Source of the DNA: Woeseiaceae bacterium
Lineage (GTDB): Bacteria; Pseudomonadota; Gammaproteobacteria; Steroidobacterales; Woeseiaceae
NCBI GenBank assembly: GCA_030066735.1
Contig: JASJBB010000008.1
Coordinates: 826-64,825, forward strand
Direction: 5' to 3'
DNA length: 64,000 nucleotides
A program made the translations under genes and the position numbers. The notes beneath the pieces are model-generated. The model saw only the letters and a program-made list of their open reading frames with translations. It was not told the origin of the DNA and ran no database searches. This document shows positions 18,354 through 27,881 of this stretch, piece after piece (within the stretch, counting starts at the first letter, position 1; every line of letters starts with the position of its first letter).

Positions 18354-19799
18354 CTATTCTTCCTGTTCCGACGCGAACGCCTCTTCAGGCGTCGGCCGGT
18401 CGACCAGGTGCTGGTCGATCTCTTCGAGATCCTGAATTTGCAGCGTGCCGGCCGCTTGCTTCAGACGCAATACGTTCATCAGGTAGTCGTACCTGGCCTG
18501 GTAGAACAGCGTGATCGAGCGATACAGGTTGAACTGCGAATTAAGGACATCGACGATCGTGCGCGTGCCGACGTCAAACCCGGCCTGCGTCGCTTCGAGC
18601 GCCGTCTGACTGGACTCGACGGCCTGCGCCAGGGCCTCGACGCGGCTCATTTCCGCCATCACGCCGAGGTAGGCGTCGCGGGTTGCGCGCTCGGTTTCGC
18701 GCGTGACGCGCTGCAACTGCTCGCGAGACGCGCGGTGCAGGTAGACGGCTTCGCGAACGCGTGACGACGTCGTGCCACCCGCGAATATCGGTACCGTCAC
18801 CTGGATGCCGATGCTGTCGGTTTCGAAGTCGCGTTTCGTGTCCAGGAAGCCCTGGCCGGTGTCCTGCTTGCCGTCCGTATCCGACTCGCCCATGTTCGCG
18901 ACGAGATCGACAGTCGGGTAATGACCATTGCGCCGGAACGAAATCTCGTCCCTGGCGAGCTTCTCGTCCAGGCGGCTGGAGACGACGGCGAGATTCTGCG
19001 TCAACGCCAGGTCGACCCAGTCCAGTTCGCTCGCCGGATTCGGCGCACGCATCGGAAACTCGTCGCCCGGTGCGTCGAGGTTGCTGACATACTCGCCCGT
19101 GATTTCGCGCAGGAATTCCCGTGCGGTCGCGAGCGAACGTTTGGCGGCAATCTCGTCCGCGGTCGCCTGGTCATACGCGGCCTGCGACTCCTGCACGTCG
19201 GTAATGGCAATCAGGCCCACCTCGAAACGTTGCTTGGCCTGCTCGAGCTGGCGCGCAATGGCCTGGCGATTCGCGTGCGTTGAGGTCAGCCGGTCCTCGG
19301 CGCCCAGCACGTCGAAATAGGCCTGGCCAACGCGAACGATCAGGTCCTGCTGCGCGGCTTCGCGGTCGGCCTCCGCCCTGGCGACGATCTTGTCGGCGCG
19401 GCGCAAACCGACTATCTGATCCCAGCGGAAAATCGTCTGGCGAAGGTCCAGCTGCCACCGCGTCGTCTCGTCTTTCGTGTTCTGCTCGAACGGAAACGGA
19501 CGGACGATGAAATTGCCTGAATTGGGCGGTTCCTGGACAAACTGGTTGATCACGCCCGAGCCTTCCGTGTTGTCCTTGGTCCACGAGCCGCTGAAGCCGA
19601 CTTGCGGCAGGTAGAGACCGCGCGCCTGCGGTTCGGCCTCGAGAGCCGCCAGCCTGCGGGCTTCGGCCTCGTGGATCCTGGGATCGGACTGCAGGGCCTG
19701 CTGGTAGACCTCCAGCAGCGAGGCGGCATGACCCGCTGCAGGGACCAGGAATGTGCCGAGCACGGCCACTAGAATATTGAAGTTAAACGTTTTTTTCAT
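18354..19799 (-). CDS. tolC: TolC-family outer membrane channel
   Basis: Signal peptide; LLEVYQQALQSDPRI start of the mature protein; two OEP repeats. Confidence 0.88.
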   Translation of the reverse strand: MKKTFNFNILVAVLGTFLVPAAGHAASLLEVYQQALQSDPRIHEAEARRLAALEAEPQARGLYLPQVGFSGSWTKDNTEGSGVINQFVQEPPNSGNFIVRPFPFEQNTKDETTRWQLDLRQTIFRWDQIVGLRRADKIVARAEADREAAQQDLIVRVGQAYFDVLGAEDRLTSTHANRQAIARQLEQAKQRFEVGLIAITDVQESQAAYDQATADEIAAKRSLATAREFLREITGEYVSNLDAPGDEFPMRAPNPASELDWVDLALTQNLAVVSSRLDEKLARDEISFRRNGHYPTVDLVANMGESDTDGKQDTGQGFLDTKRDFETDSIGIQVTVPIFAGGTTSSRVREAVYLHRASREQLQRVTRETERATRDAYLGVMAEMSRVEALAQAVESSQTALEATQAGFDVGTRTIVDVLNSQFNLYRSITLFYQARYDYLMNVLRLKQAAGTLQIQDLEEIDQHLVDRPTPEEAFASEQEE

Positions 19800-19922
19800 T
19801 TTTGCTTTCCGCGGGTTGGACGGCCGGGGCGCAGCCTAAGGTGTTATAGTCAACTATATCACTAAATCAGTCAAGACCGAGTACCAATTATTAGATGCGG
19901 CAACACCATAAGTGGTTTCATC

Positions 19923-20573
19923 TCAGAACGAAAACCGGGGCGGTTCCACGCCATTCACGAGCGGCGCCAGCGCCGTCTCGAACAGGCTCTCGCTGCGCCA
20001 GTCATTGCCGCCGGACCGGGTCACGATGCGAGCATCCATGGCCGGCCCTGCACCGACGACGACAAACAGGCGACCGCCCGGGGCAAGCGCTTCGACGAAC
20101 CGCGGGTCGAACGTCTCGATCGAACCGGTCACGGCGATGGCGTCGAACGGGCCTTCAGGCAGTGACTCGGTGGCGTCCATCTGCAACAGCGTCACGTCGC
20201 CGAGGCCCGAGTCCTCGATGTTGGCGCGCGCCGTCCCGAGGAAGTCGTCGTAGATATCGATGCTCGTGACCTGGCCGGCAAGACGCGCGAGACAGGCCGT
20301 CAAAAAGCCCGTGCCGGTGCCGATCTCGAGAACGTTATCGCCGGCTGCCGGTTTCAGCGCCTGCAAAACGCGGCCTTCGAGGGTGGGCGTCATCATGGAC
20401 TGGCCACGACCGATCGGGATCTCGGTATCGGCGAACGCCAGCGATTCGTAGCCGGTCGGCACGAATTGCTCCCTGGGTATCTCCCTGAGTACCTGGAGCA
20501 CGTCGGGGTCGAGCACGGTCCAGGCGCGTACCTGCTGCTCGACCATCTGCTGACGGGCAAAATCCGTATCCAT
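19923..20573 (-). CDS. protein-L-isoaspartate O-methyltransferase family protein
   Basis: MDTDFARQQMVEQQVRAWTVLDPDVLQVL..IPREQFVP; SAM motif VLEIGTGTGF. Start trimmed to the ATG at 20573. Confidence 0.78.
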   Translation of the reverse strand: MDTDFARQQMVEQQVRAWTVLDPDVLQVLREIPREQFVPTGYESLAFADTEIPIGRGQSMMTPTLEGRVLQALKPAAGDNVLEIGTGTGFLTACLARLAGQVTSIDIYDDFLGTARANIEDSGLGDVTLLQMDATESLPEGPFDAIAVTGSIETFDPRFVEALAPGGRLFVVVGAGPAMDARIVTRSGGNDWRSESLFETALAPLVNGVEPPRFSF

Positions 20574-20750
20574 TTCGGTTGTTCCTAAAATTTTGAAATT
20601 AAAGCGAAAACCCAGGTTTTCTCGCATTATGGTGAATCGCATCGAGCCATCGCGGCTGCTGGGATATGCTTATGACGGAGATGCGCATCGAGCCGATAAT
20701 AATAACAAATGATCTGCTGACAGCATCGCCTATAAAAAACCGGTCTCCGC

Positions 20751-23078
20751 ATGTCCTCTGACGTCCTTATTGTTGTGCTTACCGGGTTGCTGCTGGTGAC
20801 AATCGTCGCCGTGGTCGCGCTGATCGCTGCCCAACGGCGAGCCGCAGGACGAATGACCAGGATGAACCGGGAACTGCTGGATGCATCCCGGGACGCATCG
20901 GTTGGCCGGCGCCTTACCGTGCCGCGAGACGTTGATGCTGCCCAGCTTGCCACGACGATCAATCGCCTGTTCGATGCGCTCGGAGAACGCGACGAGAAAA
21001 TCCACGATCGGGACAAGCTGTTCACGGATTTCGCGCGTACCCTGCCCGAAATCGTGATCGTGCACGACGAGAGAATCCTGCTCGCCAACGACTCCGCGGC
21101 GAGCCTGATCGGCCTCGAGCCACAGCAGCTCGTTGGCCGCGAGGTAGCGGACCTCGTCAAACCGGCTTATCGCGCGCTGTTTCGCAATACGATGGCGAAG
21201 CGACTCGGCGGCGAACAGGCGCCGCGGCGCCTCGAGATTCAGCTCATCAACGGCAACGAGTCCGGCTTGTGGGTCGAGGCGCAGAGTTCGAGCATCGAGT
21301 TCCACGGGCAGCGCGCCATCCTGACCGTTGCCCGTGACGTGAGCTATCGCAAGAGCCTGGAAGTCTCGCTGAGCCGCAGTAAGCGCCAGGCGCAGTACAC
21401 GCTGGAGTCCATCGCCGAGGGCGTCATCACGACCGACAATGACGGCCTGATCGACTACATGAACCAGGCCGCCGAGACGCTGATTGGCACCAATCGCGAC
21501 GATGCGACGGGCCATCGAATTGGCGAACTGTTCACGCTCGTGGACGACGCGGACCGGCGTCCGCTCGGCGATCCGGTCGAACGCAGCCTTGCGATGCGGC
21601 GCCGCGTGAACATGGGACGCCGGGCGGTCATGGTGACCACGGACGGCGAACACGAACACTCGGTCGAGATCACGGCGTCCCCGATACGCGGGCCCGGGAG
21701 CAGCATCTCGGGCACCGTGGTCGTGTTTCATGACGTTGGCGAGATTCGCGGCCTGACGCGCAGGATGAGCTACCAGGCCACCCACGATCCGCTGACAGGC
21801 CTGATCAATCGCCGCGAGTTCGAGCGCCGCCTCGACGAGGCCATGGATGACGCCCACGCCGAAGAGGCCGTCCACATGTTGTTCTACATGGACCTCGACC
21901 GCTTCAAGGCCGTCAACGACAGCTGCGGGCACCTGGCGGGCGACAACATGCTGCGTGAGGTGGCAAGCCTGATCAAAGAGCAGGTGCGGGACTCGGACTT
22001 CGTGGGCCGCCTCGGCGGCGACGAGTTCGGTGCGCTGCTGATCGGCTGCCCGATCGAAAAGGCACGCCAGATTGCGACGGACATCTGCAACGCCATCGCG
22101 GACTACCGTTTCGTCTGGAAAGACAAGATCTTCAATATCGGCATCTCGATCGGCCTGGTCGAGATCAGCCATGTCAGCGGGACGCTCCAGGACGTGATGA
22201 GTGCGGCCGATTCGGCCTGCTACGTCGCCAAGCAACAAGGTCGCGGCAAGGTGCACGTGTACTCGGCGCGCGACGAAGCGGTGGCCCGCGAGCGAGGCGA
22301 CATCCAGTGGCTGCGCCGCCTGCAGTCGGCGCTGCACGAAGACAGGTTTACGCTGGCTATCCAGCCGATTCTCGCCATGGCCGGGGGCGTCGATTCCGGC
22401 CCGGCCATGGAAGTGCTGATCCGGCTGCCGGACGGGCAGGGCAGAGTGGCCGACACGGCCGAGTTCCTGCGACCCGCCGAGCGTTACCAGCTGATGCCGC
22501 AGATCGATCGCTGGGTAGTGAACGCGGCGCTGACAGCGATCGCCTCCGGAGAGATCAAGCTGCCCGGTGGCCGCAACTGCGCATTGAATCTCTCGGGCCA
22601 GACACTGGGCGACGAGTCGTTCCTGAGTTTCGTGGTCGAAGCGCTGGACCGTTCCGGCGTAGCGCCGTCATCGATCTGCTTCGAAGTGACCGAGGCCTCG
22701 ATTCTCTCGAACGTGCAGCACGCGCAACGCTTCATCGAGGTCCTGCACGGCATCGGCTGCGAGTTTTCGCTCGACGACTTCGGCAGCGGCATGGGTTCGT
22801 TCTCGAACCTCAAGCACTTGCCGATCGACTACCTGAAGATCGACGGCACCTATACGCGCAATCTGCGTTCCGACCAGGTCAACCAGGAGATGGTCACGGC
22901 CATGATCAAGCTCGCACGCACGATGCAGTTCCGCATTGTTGCCGAAGAGGTCGAGCACCAGGACGACTTCGACTGGCTGCGAGACATAGGCGTCGATTTC
23001 GTGCAGGGACACTTTGTGGACCCGCCGGCAGCGCTGGGCGCCGCTGCGTCCACCCCGCCGAGGTTTCTCAATACCTGA
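20751..23078 (+). CDS. membrane-anchored PAS-GGDEF-EAL signalling protein (c-di-GMP cyclase/phosphodiesterase)
   Basis: N-terminal TM helix; PAS-like repeats; GGDEF motif (RLGGDEFGALL); EAL-domain motifs (EVLIRL, ALNLSG, DDFGSGMGSF, IDYLKIDG). Confidence 0.9.
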   Translation: MSSDVLIVVLTGLLLVTIVAVVALIAAQRRAAGRMTRMNRELLDASRDASVGRRLTVPRDVDAAQLATTINRLFDALGERDEKIHDRDKLFTDFARTLPEIVIVHDERILLANDSAASLIGLEPQQLVGREVADLVKPAYRALFRNTMAKRLGGEQAPRRLEIQLINGNESGLWVEAQSSSIEFHGQRAILTVARDVSYRKSLEVSLSRSKRQAQYTLESIAEGVITTDNDGLIDYMNQAAETLIGTNRDDATGHRIGELFTLVDDADRRPLGDPVERSLAMRRRVNMGRRAVMVTTDGEHEHSVEITASPIRGPGSSISGTVVVFHDVGEIRGLTRRMSYQATHDPLTGLINRREFERRLDEAMDDAHAEEAVHMLFYMDLDRFKAVNDSCGHLAGDNMLREVASLIKEQVRDSDFVGRLGGDEFGALLIGCPIEKARQIATDICNAIADYRFVWKDKIFNIGISIGLVEISHVSGTLQDVMSAADSACYVAKQQGRGKVHVYSARDEAVARERGDIQWLRRLQSALHEDRFTLAIQPILAMAGGVDSGPAMEVLIRLPDGQGRVADTAEFLRPAERYQLMPQIDRWVVNAALTAIASGEIKLPGGRNCALNLSGQTLGDESFLSFVVEALDRSGVAPSSICFEVTEASILSNVQHAQRFIEVLHGIGCEFSLDDFGSGMGSFSNLKHLPIDYLKIDGTYTRNLRSDQVNQEMVTAMIKLARTMQFRIVAEEVEHQDDFDWLRDIGVDFVQGHFVDPPAALGAAASTPPRFLNT

Positions 23079-23351
23079 TCAGTAGAAGATAGCCGTCGTC
23101 GAGCCCTGCAGGCACAGCTGCGGCTCGTCGACCGGCGTCGCCATGGCGCTCTTGACCATGTCGATGAGCACCAGCTTGGCGAGATTCAGCGCGGCCTTGC
23201 CGCGCTCGTCACCAAGGACGCCCAGGTCGATCGAACCCTGGCGCAGGCCATACGCGGTAACGTGCATCTGGTCGTCACGAATGTAATAGGCACCTCGAAA
23301 ACGCTGGTTGTCGAGGTGCACTGTTACGATGCCGTCGGGCATATTTGTCAT
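23079..23351 (-). CDS. hypothetical 90-aa protein
   Basis: ORF with genome-typical GC-rich third positions. I recognise no motif and see no clear SD. Its stop abuts the GGDEF-EAL stop, forming the palindrome TGATCA. Confidence 0.4.
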   Translation of the reverse strand: MTNMPDGIVTVHLDNQRFRGAYYIRDDQMHVTAYGLRQGSIDLGVLGDERGKAALNLAKLVLIDMVKSAMATPVDEPQLCLQGSTTAIFY

Positions 23352-23525
23352 TGGTTTTCGCCCGGCGTGTCACACGCCGTTTCATGGAGTTCGGTACAGT
23401 CTGCCACCGCGTAGATGCTGGCTTCCAGTGTCGCTTTTGACCGACGCGGAAAGTCTTGAACGGCCGTCGGCACGCCGGTTCCGGCACCCGGCGAACGGCT
23501 TATGGTAAATGGCTGGGCGCGCCGC

Positions 23526-23554
23526 AAAAAAAACCGCCGGCAGGGCCGGCGGTT
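23526..23554 (-). terminator. rho-independent terminator downstream of hppA
   Basis: 10-bp stem, aaccgccggc (23532-23541) paired with gccggcggtt (23545-23554), 3-nt loop. On the minus strand it is followed by a run of 8 T. It lies 43 nt after the hppA stop. Confidence 0.85.
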
Positions 23555-23596
23555 CTTGTTGCTGTGCGACTGTCAGTCGCCCGGTGGGCCGGGCTC

Positions 23597-25630
23597 CTAC
23601 AGCAGCGGCACCATCAACAGTGCGACGATGTTGATGATCTTGATCAGCGGGTTGATCGCGGGGCCAGCCGTATCCTTGTACGGGTCGCCCACGGTGTCAC
23701 CCGTGACCGCGGCTTTGTGGGCGTCCGAGCCTTTGCCGCCGAAGTTACCGTCTTCGATGTATTTCTTGGCGTTGTCCCAGGCGCCACCGCCGGCCGTCAT
23801 CGAGATGGCGACGAACAGGCCCGTGACGATCGTGCCGAGCAGCAGGCCGCCCAGCGCCTCGACGCCGAGCGTGAAACCGACGATCAGCGGCACCGCGATC
23901 GGGAGCAGCGACGGCACGACCATCTCCTTGATGGCTGCCCTGGTCAGCAGGTCGACGGCGCGGCTGTAATCCGGCTTGCCGGTGCCTTCCATGATGCCGT
24001 CGATCTCCTTGAACTGGCGGCGTACTTCGTTGACCACAGAGCCGGCGGCACGACCGACGGCTTCCATCGCCAGCGCGCCGAACAGGTAGGGGACCAGGCC
24101 GCCAATGAACAGGCCGATGATGACGCGATAGTCGTTGAGCAGGAACGTCACGTCCTTGCCGTAGTTGGCAAGGGCATTGCTATAGTCGGCAAACAGCACG
24201 AGCGCGGCGAGGCCGGCGGATCCGATCGCGTAACCCTTGGTCACGGCCTTGGTCGTGTTACCGACCGCGTCGAGCTGGTCGGTGATCTTGCGTACCTCGG
24301 GCGGCAGCTCCGCCATTTCCGCGATGCCGCCCGCGTTGTCAGTGATCGGACCGAACGCGTCGAGCGCAACGACGACGCCCGTCATGGACAGCATCGTCGT
24401 GGCCGCAATGGCGATGTTGTACAAGCCGCCCATGTTGTCCGGGGCCAGCTGGAATGCGCCCCAGATGCTGGCGCAAACCGCGATAACCGGCAGGGCCGTG
24501 GCCTTCATCGAGATGCCGAGGCCGGCGATGATGTTGGTGGCGTCACCGGTCAGCGAGGCCGCCGCGATGGTCCGCACCGGCTTGAAGTCGGTACCCGTGT
24601 AGTACTCGGTGATGACGACCATGGCGGCGGTCAGCGCGAGACCGATCAGCGCCGACCAGTAAATACCGTTGGCCAGGCCTGCTTCGCCCATCATCATCTT
24701 GGTGATGGGATAGAACGCGATAGCCGCAAGCACGCCGGCAACGATCATGCCGCGGTACAGCGCGCCCATGATCTTGCCGCCCTCGGACGTCTTGACGAAG
24801 AATGTGCCGATGATCGAGGCAACGATCGAGACAGCGCCCAGGACCAGCGGGTAGACCACGGCCGTCGCCCCGTAATTCGCGGCCACCAGGCCGCCGAGCA
24901 GCATGGTGGCGATGATCGTGACGGCGTAGGTCTCGAACAGGTCGGCCGCCATGCCGGCGCAGTCGCCGACGTTGTCGCCCACGTTGTCGGCGATAACGCC
25001 CGGGTTACGCGGATCGTCCTCGGGAATACCCGCCTCGACCTTGCCGACGAGGTCGGCGCCGACGTCGGCGCCCTTCGTGAAGATACCGCCACCGAGTCGA
25101 GCGAAGATCGAGATCAGCGAGCCGCCGAAGGCCAGGCCGATCAGCGCGTGCACGGCGTCGTCGGACGAGTAGCCCATTTTCGTCAGAATGAGGAAATAGC
25201 CGGCAACACCGATGAGGCCGAGGCCGACGACCAGCAAGCCCGTGATGGCGCCGCCCTTGAAGGCCACGTTCAGCGCCGGGTTGACGCCTTTCTGCGCCGC
25301 GTCGGCGGTCCGGACGTTGGCGCGTACCGACACGTACATGCCGATATAGCCGGCGAGGCCGGAGAAGATCGCACCAATTGCGAAGCCGATAGCCGTACCC
25401 CAGTCGAGCGCAAAACCGAGCACGACAAAGAGAACGACGCCGACCACGCTGATCGTAAGGTACTGGCGATCCATGTAGGCCTTGGCGCCTTCCTGGATGG
25501 CCGCGGCGATCTCCTGCATCCGCTCGTTACCGGCGGGCTGCTTGAGAACCCACTGTGTGGACACGATGCCGAACAGGATGGCGAGGCCGCCTGCACCGAT
25601 CGAGAGCCACAGGGCTAACCCTTCACTCAT
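23597..25630 (-). CDS. hppA: membrane-bound proton-translocating pyrophosphatase, K+-independent type
   Basis: [29 protein letters not shown] and [21 protein letters not shown] motifs. GNTTKA carries Lys at the A/K position that marks K+-independent enzymes. Start trimmed to MSEGLAL at 25630, with GGAGAT upstream. Confidence 0.92.
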   Translation of the reverse strand: MSEGLALWLSIGAGGLAILFGIVSTQWVLKQPAGNERMQEIAAAIQEGAKAYMDRQYLTISVVGVVLFVVLGFALDWGTAIGFAIGAIFSGLAGYIGMYVSVRANVRTADAAQKGVNPALNVAFKGGAITGLLVVGLGLIGVAGYFLILTKMGYSSDDAVHALIGLAFGGSLISIFARLGGGIFTKGADVGADLVGKVEAGIPEDDPRNPGVIADNVGDNVGDCAGMAADLFETYAVTIIATMLLGGLVAANYGATAVVYPLVLGAVSIVASIIGTFFVKTSEGGKIMGALYRGMIVAGVLAAIAFYPITKMMMGEAGLANGIYWSALIGLALTAAMVVITEYYTGTDFKPVRTIAAASLTGDATNIIAGLGISMKATALPVIAVCASIWGAFQLAPDNMGGLYNIAIAATTMLSMTGVVVALDAFGPITDNAGGIAEMAELPPEVRKITDQLDAVGNTTKAVTKGYAIGSAGLAALVLFADYSNALANYGKDVTFLLNDYRVIIGLFIGGLVPYLFGALAMEAVGRAAGSVVNEVRRQFKEIDGIMEGTGKPDYSRAVDLLTRAAIKEMVVPSLLPIAVPLIVGFTLGVEALGGLLLGTIVTGLFVAISMTAGGGAWDNAKKYIEDGNFGGKGSDAHKAAVTGDTVGDPYKDTAGPAINPLIKIINIVALLMVPLL

Positions 25631-25766
25631 TTGAATATCTCCTGATGAAACGCTTTGGATCGAACGCAACCGCCGGCACCGGCCACCAGGCCGACACGCG
25701 GGCTGCGTTCTTGAAAAGAATGTCCCCTATGAGGATGTTTTTATTACCGGTCGAACCGGGCGCGCA

Positions 25767-27029
25767 TCATACCACAAATTTGGTGTTTAACCGCGGCTTC
25801 ACAGGGGCGTTCTTGAGCGTCACGTATTTTGGTAAGCCGTTGATATACGGAGGGTAATCCTCACCGCGAATCAGTGGCTCCAGGTACCGGCGCGCGGCCG
25901 CCGTGATGCCGAAGCCGTCCTTGGTGATGTAGCGCCGTGGCAGCATCTTTTCCTTGTTGGCGATGCGCGACAGCGGCGCCGATTCGATCTTCCAGCGGTA
26001 CGGCTTGTCGGAGATGCGCTTGATGACGGGCATGACCGCCGTCTTGCCGGCCAGGGCCATCTTCACGGCGGCCTCGCCGACGGCGTAGGCCTGTTTGACG
26101 TCGGTGGCCGAAGCGATGTGCCGGGCCGAGCGCTGCAGGTAGTCGGCCACCGCGTAGTGGTACTTGTAGCCCAGCTTCTCGCGAACCATGTTTGCAACGA
26201 CCGGTGCGACGCCACCGAGCTGCGCATGCCCGAACGCGTCGCGCGTGCCGGCTTCGGCCAGGAACTTGCCGTTCTTGTAGGCGGCGCCCTCGCTGACGAC
26301 GATGACGCAATAGTCGTACTTCGTAACGCATTCCTTGACGCGCTTCAGAAAGGCGCGCTGGTTAAACGGGATCTCCGGGAACAGGATGATGTGCGGGGCG
26401 TCGCCGGGCTCCTTGCCCGCAAGCCCGCCGGCGGCGGCGATCCACCCGGCGTGACGTCCCATGACTTCGAGGACGAACACCTTGGTCGAGGTCTTGGCCA
26501 TGGACAGCACATCGAGCGCCGCCTCCTGCGTGGAGACGGCCACGTACTTGGCCACCGAGCCGAAGCCCGGGCAGTTGTCGGTGATCGGCAGGTCGTTGTC
26601 CACGGTCTTCGGAACGCCCAGGCAGGTCACCGGGAAGCCCATGCGCTTGCTGATCAGCGATACCTTGTGGGCCGTGTCCATCGAGTCGTTGCCGCCGTTA
26701 TAAAAGAAATATCCGATGTCGTGGGCCTTGAAGACCTCGATCAGGCGCTCGTACTCGGCTTTGTTCTCCTCCAGGCTCTTGAGCTTGTAGCGGGCCGAGC
26801 CGAAGGCGCCGCCCGGCGTATGGCGAAGCGCCGCGATGGTCTTCGCGGACTCCTTGTTGGTGTCGATCATGTCTTCGACCAGTGCGCCAATGATGCCGTT
26901 GCGGCCAGCGTAGACATTCCTGATTTTGTCCTTGTGCTTGCGGGCGGTCTCGATGACGCCGCAGGCGGTGGCGTTGATGACGGCAGTGACTCCGCCCGAC
27001 TGGGCGTAGAACGCGTTTCTGGCTGACAT
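25767..27029 (-). CDS. pfp: phosphofructokinase-family enzyme, probably PPi-dependent (pyrophosphate--fructose-6-phosphate 1-phosphotransferase)
   Basis: PFK fold motifs (SGGVTAVINA, GGNDSMDT, PKTVDNDL, MGRHAGW). Asp in GGNDS occupies the position where ATP-PFKs have Gly in GGDGS. Adjacent to and co-oriented with hppA. Start trimmed to MSARNAFY at 27029. Confidence 0.8.
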   Translation of the reverse strand: MSARNAFYAQSGGVTAVINATACGVIETARKHKDKIRNVYAGRNGIIGALVEDMIDTNKESAKTIAALRHTPGGAFGSARYKLKSLEENKAEYERLIEVFKAHDIGYFFYNGGNDSMDTAHKVSLISKRMGFPVTCLGVPKTVDNDLPITDNCPGFGSVAKYVAVSTQEAALDVLSMAKTSTKVFVLEVMGRHAGWIAAAGGLAGKEPGDAPHIILFPEIPFNQRAFLKRVKECVTKYDYCVIVVSEGAAYKNGKFLAEAGTRDAFGHAQLGGVAPVVANMVREKLGYKYHYAVADYLQRSARHIASATDVKQAYAVGEAAVKMALAGKTAVMPVIKRISDKPYRWKIESAPLSRIANKEKMLPRRYITKDGFGITAAARRYLEPLIRGEDYPPYINGLPKYVTLKNAPVKPRLNTKFVV

Positions 27030-27163
27030 GCTTGGAATTCCCCGGAGTGGTGTGATCGAAGCGTGCGAGGATATCACTGATTGACCCAAAACCTCAGTGT
27101 GTTAGCGTACTTGCCCACTGCGTAGGAGCCCGCCCCGGCGGGCGGCATGGTTGCGAAAAAATT

Positions 27164-27802
27164 ATGAGAATCGTACTACTCGGCGCGCCCGGCTCCGGCA
27201 AGGGCACGCAGGCCAAGAAACTCATGGCCGACAGGAACATTCCCCAGATCTCGACCGGCGACATGCTGCGCGAGGCCGTCGCCGCCGGCACCCGCTTCGG
27301 CCAGCAGGCCAAGACCATCATGGATGCCGGCAATCTCGTCTCCGACGACATTATGCTCGGCATCATCAGTGAGCGGCTCGGCAAGCCCGACGCACAGGAC
27401 GGTTTCATCCTCGACGGCTTCCCGCGTACCGAGAAACAGGCGCACGATCTCGAGGAACTGCTCGACAGCCTGGGCACGCCGCTTGATGCGGCCGTGCTGA
27501 TGGACGTCGACTTCGATGTCCTGATGAAGCGTCTCACGGGCCGGCGCACCTGTTCGCTGACTGGCAAGTTACTGAACGTCTACTTCTCATCGCAGGAAGA
27601 GCTCGACGAGTGCACCAACGCCGGCGGCGAACTGATCCAGCGCGAAGACGACAACGAGGAGACGATCAGCAACCGTCTCGACGTCTACCGCAAGCAGACC
27701 GAGCCCCTCGTCGATTTCTACCGCGACCGCGAACGGCTCAGGACCGTTGACGCCGACGGCTCGATTGACGAGGTGTACGAGAGGTTCGTAAACGCCCTTT
27801 AA
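27164..27802 (+). CDS. adk: adenylate kinase
   Basis: MRIVLLGAPGSGKGTQA...ISTGDMLR...GFILDGFPRT. Confidence 0.95.
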   Translation: MRIVLLGAPGSGKGTQAKKLMADRNIPQISTGDMLREAVAAGTRFGQQAKTIMDAGNLVSDDIMLGIISERLGKPDAQDGFILDGFPRTEKQAHDLEELLDSLGTPLDAAVLMDVDFDVLMKRLTGRRTCSLTGKLLNVYFSSQEELDECTNAGGELIQREDDNEETISNRLDVYRKQTEPLVDFYRDRERLRTVDADGSIDEVYERFVNAL

Positions 27803-27835
27803 CTTGCTGTTTTAGAATGGAAAAACAGCAGGATA

Positions 27836-27851
27836 CTGTATATAATAACAG
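27836..27851. promoter_or_regulatory. LexA (SOS) box
   Basis: CTGTATATAATAACAG, within taCTGTATATAATAACAGgt, matches CTGT-N8-ACAG with an AT-only spacer. It lies 30 nt upstream of the HNH gene ATG. Confidence 0.65.
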
Positions 27852-27881
27852 GTCTCTCCTACCCGCCCAGAGGGACCTGAA

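Noticed and set aside
27030-27163. CRP-like half sites (TGTGA ... TCAC) in the pfp-adk divergent spacer.
   Set aside because: The spacing between the half sites is about 18 nt, not the 6 nt required for a CRP/FNR-type site.
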